Assembly: GCA_963514005.1 (NCBI GenBank)
Contig: OY740782.1
Span: 116,622,001 to 116,686,000 of the forward strand
Source of the DNA: Raja brachyura
Lineage: Eukaryota
Direction: 5' to 3'
DNA: 64,000 nt
The notes under the pieces were generated by a model, which was given only the letters and a program-made list of their open reading frames with translations, did no database searches and had not been told where the DNA came from. How positions within the stretch are numbered: the first letter of the stretch is position 1; each line of letters starts with the position of its first letter. Both the position numbers and the translations under genes were made by a program. Below, in pieces: positions 1 to 10,560 of this stretch.

Positions 1-284
1 GCTGTGACCCAGAGCGCTATCCATAGCGCTGTACCCGGTAGTGCTATATTTAGAACCCATAGAGCTGCAGCCGACAGCTCTTTGTTTAAATTCCCACGCA
101 TTAAACTGACAACACTCTGTTTAAACCTTTGAGTGCAAAATGGCAATGCTGTATGGATTACCTTTACGCCCCTTCACGGGCCGCATGCAGAAAATTCCCG
201 ATATTATTCAATTTCCTTAAAATTACCTGAAGCCAACCAGAATTTCCCGAATTTCGGGTAATTTCCTTCAAAGTGGAATCGCTG
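1..284. mobile_element. Right end of a non-autonomous DNA transposon (hAT-like), truncated by window edge
   Basis: CpG-rich with repeated agcgct and ttcccga subterminal motifs, ending ...gtggaatcgctg; motifs resemble those in the MITE at 13629-14407. Confidence 0.4.
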
Positions 285-1474
285 TGGTGCTGTTAGTTAA
301 AAATAGCGTGGTACATTTTTCATTACTTGTCTTTGTTTGAATTGAATTGCCACTCCGGCTTTTCCGGAAGAAGGCATTTATTTAAAGCTTATAATCCTTA
401 AATCTAAAAGGTGTAAGATTTTCTTGTTAAAATATGGTCGATTCAAATGTACTTTAGCTGAAATATATATTTTCTTCGAAACCATTTCATGCCATCATCT
501 CTCAACTTTCCACATTTGTCCTAAATTCTCATTTGTTTTTAGAATCGATTTTAATTATTTGCCTGCTGGGTCAGAGCAGTTACAATTGGCAAATCAATTT
601 TACAGCCAAAAGTCGTTTCGTCCCACCTCGGGCCATTTCCTTGCTTACACATCTTCTAAATAATTTGTTCAAGGATTTTGGAATCACTGGCAAGTCGTCC
701 CAAATTGCCCTTGAAGAGTTCTCCCATTCCTTTGATTTTGTGTGTTGCTAAGATCGGGTGAGGGAAGCAGCTTCACTCCCCAAAGGGTGTTGGTTAACTA
801 GATTGTCTTCTGGTCATTCTGATAATTTTTTTAATATACCTCCTTTCAGGGCTTGTCTGAACTTATAGGAAATTGATTATTCCCTTTGCTAGGATATTTA
901 TAACCAAGGGTCATAATCTCAAAATAACATGTTAACCATTCAGAAAAAGATGAGGAGGAATCTCCATCTTGCCAATGATAAATGTTAGTAATTCTATATC
1001 CAGTAGGCTTTTGTGCATTTCAACATCACAAGATATGATGTTATTGCAGGCAAGTGCCACAGAGGTAAAGGGTTACCTGTTATGTTATTCAATGGGTGAT
1101 TGGGTGCATGGGGCTAAATTCCCCTGGTGGAATTTAAGCTTGTGTGTTTAGCTCATTTGATCTAGAATTGAGGAATGGGCAGCTAGTAACAGAATCACTG
1201 TGGTCCTGCACATCTGATGGTAGTGCTGAGAAATCAAGTTGGGTGTTTGTTTGACAGTTCAGTCTGGTTGAAATTAAGCAAAGTTAAACACAAAAGGGAA
1301 TCGATTTGAGAGCTCTGTGAAATTTTACTAACGTTTGGAAAAGCATTGCTTAATTATTTTCCTTAGTGAAAGGTTTAATACCACTTTGATCATTATGAAA
1401 CTATTATAATCATTGTCATTTACGATAAAATTTCATCCGAAATATCACTTCCTGCATGTCTTTGTTATCTGCAG

Positions 1475-1801
1475 AGTATGCCTGGTATTCAAAACATCAA
1501 TAAGCTTCCAAATCAATTCCAGGCTTCTCCTCAACGGAACAGCAACCTCCGTGAATTGCCTATTGCTCCGCATAACAGTACCACAAAACAACACCGTCCT
1601 CTGTCGGCTCCTGCTGCTCAAGCTACGACTGCTTCCTGGTCAAAATCCACTGCCTCATCTACAACCACTACTCGAATGAACCAGACTGCTCAAGGTGCAC
1701 TTGTTGTTCAGCCTGCATCAGTAGAGAGGATGCCACCGAAGATCTTGCAGCAAAAAAACAAGAAGCAGAAGCCAGTGTCACAGGATTCTACAGTGGGAGA
1801 G
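1475..1801 (+). CDS. RBM33: RBM33 internal coding exon (first one visible in window)
   Basis: Acceptor tttgttatctgcag|AGT ATG CCT; encodes ...PQRNSNLRELPIAPH..., matching the RNSNLRELPIAP motif I recall from vertebrate RBM33; donor GAG|gttaga, phase 0. Confidence 0.88.
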
Positions 1802-2839
1802 GTTAGAATTTCTCAACTATATTTGCCAATGCATGCTTTTAAATGGAGATAAAGAACTCTTTGCTAGTAGACAGCTGATTTTTAATCTGTTCAGTGTTTA
1901 TGTGAATTGTTATACTTTTAAGTCATTTATATCTTTTAAATTTGGTATTGGAAAAACAAGATTCATAGTTTATCCTTTATATTTAAAGGCTTCATTTATG
2001 AAGCATTCAGTTAACTCAATTTTTGGGCAGAATTATTGGTACTCGTGCCCTGGGATGTGAAGCATTCATTAGAGATTAGGAATTTAGTTGTTATGTAAAC
2101 AGGAGCATGGTTGTGGAGATTGTGATGTATTTAGCAAGTGAGTAAGCCATGCGTAAGTATTTTTTTAATGTAATAGAGAACATGCAGTAATTTATGAGTA
2201 GCATTTCTTTACATAATTATTCTTATAATGTTCATTCATATATTTAATTTATATTGTAGGACTTTTAAACATTAGCCCATTGTTCTTTCCAAGCAGGATT
2301 ATGATCAATCAACCAGTTACTTCATTTGCAGGCAGAAGATAGTACCTATTTAATGTTGCTGCTATGGAAGCAGCAGTTAACATTTTTGAAAGCATAAGAC
2401 AGCACAGTCTGAACATTTTCCCAGGGACTATATGTCACCAGTGGTCCCTGGTGGTCTAGCTGTTGTAATGTGTTCCCATTCAGAAGTTGAGGACAGATTG
2501 TTCTCATACCAACTTGCTGTCTACACTTTGAAATCTGAGAGCCCAGAGGAGCTCTTTTAGGCATGAGCTTCAACGCCTCTGTTATGGGGCGCTTTTGGAT
2601 CAAAATCATTGATGTCATATTTGCATCAGAAAAGGAAGGTTTTATTCATCTTAACTCATCCATATAGATTGGAAAGGCAATGTTTTCCCTGTATCGTGTG
2701 TATTCTTAATTGTTTCTTAATTATTTCCTGGAAAATATCTATCCCTCATTCACCATAATCGAAGCAGGGTATTAGATTATTTATTACTTCTGTTCGGGGA
2801 ACCTGGGTGTCAATGGAGAGACTAACAGTTATTGAACAT

Positions 2840-3660
2840 TTCTAATTCACCTTCAGAGTGGGTTGTGATCTTCTTACTGTTGAATGCTGTTGAGAGGGAA
2901 GTCTCAGGATTCCAGCAACAATGAGGGAATGCGGGTATATTTCCAAGTCAACATAGTGTGCGATCTGAAGGGAAATGTTCAGTCTGAAATTCCCTTGTGC
3001 CTGGTGCCCCTTCTTGATGATGGTGGTTGTGAGTTTGGGAGATGCTGTTTGAGTTGCCTTAATAAGTAACTGCAATGAATCTTCACTGCACAACCGGTGG
3101 AAGGAACAAATATTTAGGGTGGCAGATGAGGTCCATTCCTGTGGGCTTTTCGTAATGGATGCTGTTGCCTTTTTAGAGTTGTTAAGCTGCAGTCATCCAG
3201 GGAAGAGGATAGTATTCCATCACATCCGACATGACTTAGTATGTGGGGAAAATTCTTTGTGTGTCATTGTGTGATTCTTATCGCCTTGGGATACTCGGCT
3301 TCTGACTTTCCCTTGTAACAACATCACTTTAATCACTGGTGCAGTTGAATTTCTGGATAAACACATGACACCTAGGATGTTAGTGGTGAGGAGCACAGTG
3401 ATAGTACTTCCATTGAATGTCAGGCATATATACTTAGACTCTCCTGATGAAAATGGTCATTGGCTGGTATTTTAGTGACGTGACCATTCCTTGCCACATA
3501 TCAACCTATGCCTGAATCGTGTCTAGGTCTTGTTGCATGTAAGCATGGATGGCTTAATTTACCGAGATGTTGGTAATTGCATTGAACATTGTGCAATGCT
3601 CAGCAAATTTCCCTACTTACTTTATGATGGACAGAAAGTCATTATTGAATCAGCTTAAGA
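2840..3660 (-). mobile_element. Old degraded LINE (CR1/L2-like) fragment
   Basis: Shares diverged sequence with 32560-32890 and 34190-34580 (e.g. tattccatcaca, gcaaat..ccctact, tcatt..tgaa.cagct.aaga); no open frame. Confidence 0.45.
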
Positions 3661-4169
3661 TATAACAGATTTTTTTTAACTCCAGTATCGTTTGATAGAA
3701 TCACGCAGCCCAGAAATAGGCCATTTAGTCCGCCACCTACACTAACCACATTTACCATCATTTGATCCGTAGCCTCTTTGCCATAGCAATTGAAGTACTC
3801 ATCCAGATACCTATATGTTGTGACAATCTCTGTCTCTGCCACTTTCTCAGGCATTGTGTTTCAGATTCACATCACACTCTGGGTGAATAGATTCTTCTTC
3901 GTATCCTCCAGAATTATTATTCTGAAATGTGAGGCATATGGTATTTGGAGGCAAATGCAACAGGCAGTTTGACCCCAACAATTTGCCAAAGCAGCAATTG
4001 GGCAGCTGATCAATTATTCTGCTTCAGACTGAGTGTGGCTATTTCTTGGTGTCACTGAAGATCCTTACTTCATAGAGGCATTCAGCGTGGAAACAGACCC
4101 TTCGGCCTAACATACCCACATCAACCAATGCCTCATCTACTTTTGTCCCACCTGCCTGGGTTTGGGCCA

Positions 4170-5213
4170 ACTATGACATAACTAAAGTTCTGATTTTGTG
4201 CTCTTCCGGTTTGCGCAGTTTTTCGCCAGCTCACTCACCGTTCTCCTGTGCTGCGAGTGCAACAAGTTTCGTTCCAATCGGTGATAGTAAATGTTAGCGA
4301 GGTTTAAAAATCGTAAAAAACGCACGTGCGCAGATCAATCTCCTCTCCTGCCAGTCAGCGCCGCGTGGATTGGTCTCTTCTGTCACTCCCTGGGACCGTC
4401 CGCCCCTTCCTGCGCCATCGCGTCTTTACTGGAGCTGAGGGATGCTGTAGGTGGCCGGCGGAGATCTTGAACCGCACACAATTTCCAGAAGCGGCGCGGC
4501 GATGCCGCCAAATGGAAAGCGGTAAATCTGATCCCGGCAGAGGTGAGTCCCAAACGCAACTCCCCGCAGCCCCAGCCCCTTTCCCTCTGATCCCCCTCGC
4601 TGGATCCTGCCCCCCTCCCCCATGATACCCCCCTCTCCCCCATGGCACTTCACCCGTCTTTTCTCCGAGTTCCCCGCCTGGCTCTGAGGGCGCCGACGGC
4701 TGATGCTCCTCTGGGGCATGCAAGAAGGGAGAGGAGAAGCAACCTCGAGATCCTGGGGAGGGGATAGAGGGAGAGGAGTAGGGAGGGGAGAGGAGTTATT
4801 GAGGGAAGGAGGGAGTGACTGAGGGTAGGGGAAAGGAGAGGTGAGGGAGGGATTGGGGGAGGGTAGGAGGAGAGGGGAAAAAGAAGAGGGTGGAGGTGAG
4901 GAGGGAGAAGGGGGATAGAGGGAGAGGAGGGATAGGAGGAGGTGATGAGTGGGGGAGGTGGGGGATAGAGGGGTAGGGAGGGGAGAGGAGATATGGAGGG
5001 AGGTGGTGACTGAGGGTAGGGGAAAGGAAAAGGAGAGACGTGGAGAGGGGAATGGAAAGAAGAGGGAGGGTGAAGAGGGGAAAGAAAATGTTAGGGATGA
5101 GGGGAAATGAACTGTTCCTGTGCAGTTGGGGGCTATGGGTGAGTGGTGGAATATTGCATTGGGGGACCAAGCCTCCTGTGTAACAGGGACCCAACGGGTC
5201 CCACTTACTCTAG
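4170..5213 (+). mobile_element. Non-autonomous Helitron-like element
   Basis: 3' GC-rich hairpin GGGACCC-AAC-GGGTCCC (5186-5202), then CTAG (5210-5213), then T; inserted between A and T of a LINE tail with no TSD; GC-rich body and GA-rich tract. Confidence 0.65.
4725..5105 (+). repeat. Purine-rich (GGA/GGGA) low-complexity tract
   Basis: Almost entirely G/A with repeated gagggtagggg and ggagagg units; potential G4/triplex former. Confidence 0.85.
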
Positions 5214-5932
5214 TATCTCATTAAACCTATCCTATCCATGTACCTGTCTAAACGTCTCTTCAACATTGCGATAGTACTTGTGGAACAGTGTTTTTTTTTC
5301 TTTACCTGAATCATTGAAACTAATAGGCAATTTTACACTCCTGTGATGATACAGCATTCAACTGCATGAATGAGAACTGAAATAACAATTAGCATTGAGT
5401 TAAAGACAAGAGTGGTGCCAAATGAAATGTTTTTCAGTGACATTTTTAAGATTGAGAAGACGTTGTTCAATAAGAATTCCATATCGGCATGTGCTGTGTT
5501 CTTAGGAAATCAATATCTATTTGTGGTATAATTGATTTAGAATATTGCCTTTCGTAGATATTAAAGAAAAAGCTTGGGGTTATGCAACTGCCCTGTTCCA
5601 GGATTCAGGAGCGCTTAATTATCCAAAGATATCCTCATGATTTTAAAAAAAATGCTGCAAATGATGTCTTTGTCAGAACTCAAGGAGGGTCTTGAACATG
5701 AAACATTAATCCCGTTTGTCTTTCCACAGATATTGTTGGATCCATAAGTGATTCTGGCATTTTCTGGTTGCATTTCAGATATCCAACATTTGCAGTTCCT
5801 TGATTCTTGTTAATCTCATTTTGGGCTCAGAAAACTCACTAGGTTCAAGTCTCACTTTAAGAATTGAAAAATATGATTTAGATTCACATTCCCAACATAT
5901 TACAGTACTGATAGAGCACTGCTTTGTAGGAA

Positions 5933-6202
5933 GTTTAGTTTAGAGAAACAGCGTGGAAACTGGTCCTTCAGCCCACCGAGACCGTGCCGATCACCTGTAT
6001 ACTAGTTGTATGTTATCCCAGTTTTGCTTCCTATGCACTAGTGGCAATTTACAGAAACAGCCTGGATGTCTTTGGAATGTGGGAAGAAACCGGAACACCT
6101 GGAAAAAGTCCATGTGGCCGCCAGGGGAAACTCTGTAGACAGCACCCGTAGTCAGGATCGAACCCAGGTCTCCGGCACTGTAAGGCACCCCCTTGTGCCA
6201 CC
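5933..6202 (-). mobile_element. tRNA-derived SINE (HE1/V-SINE-like)
   Basis: Reverse complement shows box B (ggttcgatcc), central V-domain-like ccggtttcttcccaca and a CR1-like tail ending in (ctaaa)n. Confidence 0.75.
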
Positions 6203-6901
6203 CCTTTGCTCAGAAATGTTCAGCAGCTCCTTCTGCCTGTTCAGCTGGATTTTAACAATCACTGTCCTGCAATCATTCGTGACTGCCCCTATCTTTATAG
6301 AGAGGATAAGGATATTATCCACTGATATCATATATCATGTGACTGCAGTACTGTACTTGGATCTGTGTCCTTACACATATCAGCTTTAGGAGAAACTAGA
6401 TAAGGGATAATTATTTTCCAGCTTTGAGTGATGGTAAGATTTATAGTATTTTATGCAACAATGTGTGTCTAGAAACAAAATTTTCAAATAAATTAGTCAC
6501 ATTTTTACTTTATAGTTATATGGCTTATGCTACAAGTGCATCATTATCAAAGTATGAAATATGAGTTATGCAAATTAACCTGCAGGAAAATTGGCCTGGG
6601 ATCATTATATCTATAATTTTATCGTGAAATCAAGTTTTTAGTCGATATTTCAACATATTTCAAGATTTTCCGAGGTCACCACTGCAGATATATTGTTAAA
6701 TGTGCAGTTTCAGAACTTTAAAGAGATTGGGCAGATGACATTTGATGTCAGTTGTGAACCTGGGTCACTGGAGCTGGTAAACATCAGCTCAATCAGACAC
6801 ACCATCTTGACTGAACATCCTATGACAGGGAGGGGGGGCCTTGTCATTGCAGAACATGGCAATCTCATTGGTTTCATTCCTCCTCCTTGTTTCTCTCTCT
6901 T

Positions 6902-7177
6902 GTTTAGTTGGCCCACTGAATCCGCGCCGACCAGCGATCACCACACACTTACACTACCCCACACTCTAGGGACAATTTACAATTATACCAAACCAATTAA
7001 CTGACAAACCTGTACGTCTTTGGAGTATGAGAGGAAACCAGGGATCCCGGAGAAAACCCATGCAGGTCGCGGGGAGAACGTACAAAACTCCGTACAGACA
7101 AACACTCATCGTCAGGACCGAACCCGGGTCTCTGGCGCTGTGAGGCAGCAACTCTACTGCTGTGCCACCGTGCTGCC
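6902..7177 (-). mobile_element. tRNA-derived SINE (HE1/V-SINE-like)
   Basis: Reverse complement reads ggcagcacggtggcacagcagtagag...gacccgggttcggtcctgac...ccaaagacgtacaggtttg; homologous to 7450-7735. Confidence 0.8.
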
Positions 7178-7449
7178 TTCCCTTGCAGCTTATTCTCTCT
7201 GATGCTCTTCTATTTTCTTTTGATTTACACTAGGAGCAATTTTTAATAGCCAATTAATCTACCATCTTTAATTGGATGGGGAGGAAGCCAGTGGACTCTG
7301 GGAGTTGGGGGAGGGAGAACCTGGCCACAGGGGAAACTTTCAAAATCCACTTTGATCAGTGGGCAGGTTGTAACTTGGAGCCTTGGTGCTCTAAAGAAGG
7401 CCTTAATCTTACTTTACATTTATGTCCTCTTCAAATCTGATATGCTAAA

Positions 7450-7735
7450 TAGTGGCGCAGCAGTAGAGTTGCAGCGCTTGCAGGCCGGAGACCTGGGTTC
7501 AATCCCGACAGGTGTTATCTGTACGTAGTTTGTCCGTTCTCCCCGTGACCACGTGAGTTTCTCCGAGATATTCGGTTTACTCCCACACGCCAAAGACGTA
7601 CAGGTTTGTAGGTTAATTGGCTTGGTGTTTGTGTAAATTGCCCCTAGTGTGTGTAGGATAGTGTTAATGTGTGGGGATCGCCGGTCGGTGTGGGCTGAAG
7701 GGCCTGTTTCTGTGCTATATCTCTAAGCTAAACTA
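7450..7735 (+). mobile_element. tRNA-derived SINE (HE1/V-SINE-like)
   Basis: tagtggcgcagcag (box A), ggttcaatccc (box B), tcccacacgccaaagacgtacaggtttgtaggttaattgg, tail gggctgaagggcctgtttc...ctaaac. Confidence 0.8.
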
Positions 7736-7811
7736 TATTTCAAGAATTTAAAAGGTTTTTATTTCCAATGTGGTATTGGTTTATTATTGTCACATGTACT
7801 GAGATACATTG

Positions 7812-8340
7812 AAAAGCTTTGCTCAGTCTGCCTTGGCCTACACGATCTCCCAGTTTTCAAACACTTTAATTCCCCTTCCCATTCCATTACTGGCCATTCT
7901 GTCCTGGGGCGCCTCCATTGTCAGAGTGAGGCCAATTGGGGAAACAGCACCTCGTATTTTGCTTGGGCAGCTTACAACTGAGCGGTATGAATATTGATTT
8001 CTCTAATTTCATGTAACCCTTGCATCACCTCTCTCCATCCGTCCTTCACCTTAGTTGTCATACTAGTTTCTTTGTTGTCCAGCTGAGTTTCACTGTTTGT
8101 TTCACTAGTTATCCTCTTCCCCACAGCCAACAATGGACCATTGTGGGCTCCACCTTTCCTTCATCATTGTTACTTTTTGCATATCTTTTGTTCAGTTTGT
8201 TTTATGTACCTTTTATATCTCTCACTTCCCTCTCTCCTGATTCTCAGTCTGAAGAAGGGTCTTGACCCAAAAAGCTGCCTATCCTTTTTCACCAGATATG
8301 CTGCCTGACCTGCTGAGTTACTCCTGCATTTTATGCCTAT
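7812..8340 (+). mobile_element. Penelope-like element 3' fragment (GIY-YIG C-terminal region plus tail)
   Basis: Translates to DLPVFKHFNSPSHS...LGRLHCQSEA, homologous to 43080-43380; tail ctgaagaagggtcttgaccc...gatatgctgcctgacctgctgagttactcc. Confidence 0.7.
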
Positions 8341-8482
8341 ATTTATTGAAAAACTTTGTTTGCTTTACTGCATATTATCTAATTATGTTATTTTTGGCAT
8401 ACATTTTTCCATTTTAATACCTTGACTGCTTCGGTCACAACAATCTGAATGCAAAGAATTACAAGCAAAGTTATGCATCCTG

Positions 8483-9522
8483 TAGGTATGTTACAATACT
8501 TACCTTTAGTGGCGCTGTAGTTCTGCCGCTCCCCGTGTGCACGACTTTGGCGCCTTTCAGAGGGGGACGGGTTTAAAGTGCCGTTTTTCACCAGACAGTT
8601 CAAATCGATCCATCTCAGTGGATTTCGTTGCTAAAGAGAAATTGCTCCGACATTTGTTTTATGAAGGTATTTTTAAACTACACTAGATCATTCATTAGCT
8701 AGAGTAATTTAAAAATTATCCTCTAAAGCCGTGAGCGCCAGCAACGGGAAGGATTTTACGTAGGGAAGAAAAGAAGCTACACAGTTTATTTTTACATAAA
8801 AACGTGGTTCTTAGGAAGCATTTAATCGCATTTTCATGTTGCGAAATGGGGACCAAAAAAAACGAACCGGCAGTGTTTTTCCTGCCGACTGTGGGTTAAA
8901 TTCACCGCAAACCGCAACGTTCCAATCCACCGCATTCCACTAAACCCACTCACAAGTTGATTTAAATGGCCATTCATTTACAGGAATTAAACACTAAATT
9001 CCTTCCATTTGGCCTATAAATTCATGAAAATTGGATTTAAAAATCATGTTATATTGTGAATTATTGTGTGAATGTTATTTGGACACTTAGGCAATTTAAA
9101 AATGTTTATCTTTTCTTAAGAAATGGATAGATGTTTAGATCTAGTAATTGAATTTTGTAATTAGCTACAATTCGGTAAGTAACTAATTATATGCTTTAAT
9201 TTCAGGTAATCCAAGTAAGATTGTTTCATATTTGTTTCAGAATGCTTCAATCCATAATAACTTAAAATTTCATTGAGTTCTCTTAATTTTTAAGAAAGTT
9301 ATAGGCTTTTGACTGTCCTAGATCACAGCTTTTGAGTTAAGTCAATGGAAAGGCAATGGGGAACAAGATGCTAATTTCCGAGTATGAAAACGGCCATAGT
9401 TTTTTTAATATTGAAGATATGAAAGTGAGTTAGGTGTCAAATTAAACTTCTTTTTATGCTTTATCTGATGGGATAATTTGCAGCCTTGATTTTTTAAATC
9501 TCAAAATTTTGTAACATTGCTA
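8483..9522. mobile_element. Non-autonomous DNA transposon (MITE) with TIRs and TSD
   Basis: Left TAGGTATGTTACAA, right TTGTAACATTGCTA (14-bp imperfect TIR); CATCCTG duplicated at 8476-8482 and 9523-9529. Confidence 0.75.
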
Positions 9523-9559
9523 CATCCTGTTATCAATTAAGCATTAAAACCACAGAGCA

Positions 9560-10560
9560 TCATTTTGCTGAATTCGACCAAAGTTCTGCACAACTAACAC
9601 CTCATCTCACTTAGGGATTCATATTACATAATATTTTTCACATTTTGGAGTCATATGTGTATATTAATCCAAAATGATTTGCTCCTTCACATCAGTCTTA
9701 CCATTCAAATATTCGGATTTGATTTTCTCACCCAGAATGAAATATATCATAGTTCTTGTATTGTTATATCTGTCACTCACACTCTCCCATCTGTATAACT
9801 TGCAGTAACTTCCAACTTTGTGTTATTTTGTAAATTTAGATATCCAATTTTTTTTGTCATAAACATTGAAAAGATGAGACCTACATATCTCTGGGGTGCA
9901 CTACTCGTCAGTGACTGGACAATCCAGGAGTAACCTTTCCTTCCTTCTGTTAATTGCCAACCAGATATCATGTCATAAAATTACCTCAAATTCTGCAAAG
10001 TTTGATGCATTTCAATAAACTTTGGGAATCTAATCAAATACCTATGTAGCAGTAAATTAATAGCATGCAAGGGAAGTCCCCAATCCATCATGCTGGTGAC
10101 CTTTTAAAAATAATTAACTGGATTTGGCATATGGGATCTAACTTCACCATTCACGTTTGACACTTTTTGATGAACTTTGATTTTTGCAATTGCTTCAAGA
10201 CCCATTTTCTGAGATTCTTGTAACATTCAGAATTGCTGTTAAACTGACAATATTAATTGATTCATTGAGTGAATATCTAGGAGCTTTGTAGAACCTTGAT
10301 TAAATTAACCCACATTTTCTACACTTTTTTTCATGTGGTTCAGACTATCAGGTCCTGGAGATTTGTCTAATTTATGTCTCATTGTTTTCTTTGTTACTAA
10401 CTTAAAAACAATTAAATACATAAAGCCTTTTCACAACATTGTTATAGCCATTCTATAACTGCTATTTTGTCATATTTCCTCACTGAAAATTGATACAAAG
10501 CACTTTAGCAAGTCTCATGTTTCCTTCCTATTTCTTTGTGCTCCAACCTGCATCTGTGTT
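9560..10560 (-). mobile_element. Highly degraded CR1-like LINE
   Basis: Minus-strand remnants resembling W..V.S..PQ (LTSSAPQ) and F.DDTKL (LQNNTKL) RT motifs. Confidence 0.45.

Larger units (their letters stand above)
4075..5280 (-). mobile_element. CR1/HER1 3' tail fragment split by the Helitron-like insertion
   Basis: gaaacagacccttcggcc...gtcccacctgcctg (4090-4168) resumes as tatctcattaaacctatcctatccatgtacctgtc (5214 onward); same tail as 37920-38050 and 22140-22310. Confidence 0.6.

Noticed and set aside
4326-5194. Several overlapping ORFs of 86-132 aa (including a Pro/Leu/Ser-rich one)
   Set aside because: They arise from GC-rich and purine-tract sequence inside the Helitron-like repeat; no domain motifs or splice context.
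7450-7520. tRNA-like sequence with A and B boxes
   Set aside because: Head of a tRNA-derived SINE; it continues into SINE body and LINE-like tail and lacks an intact cloverleaf.
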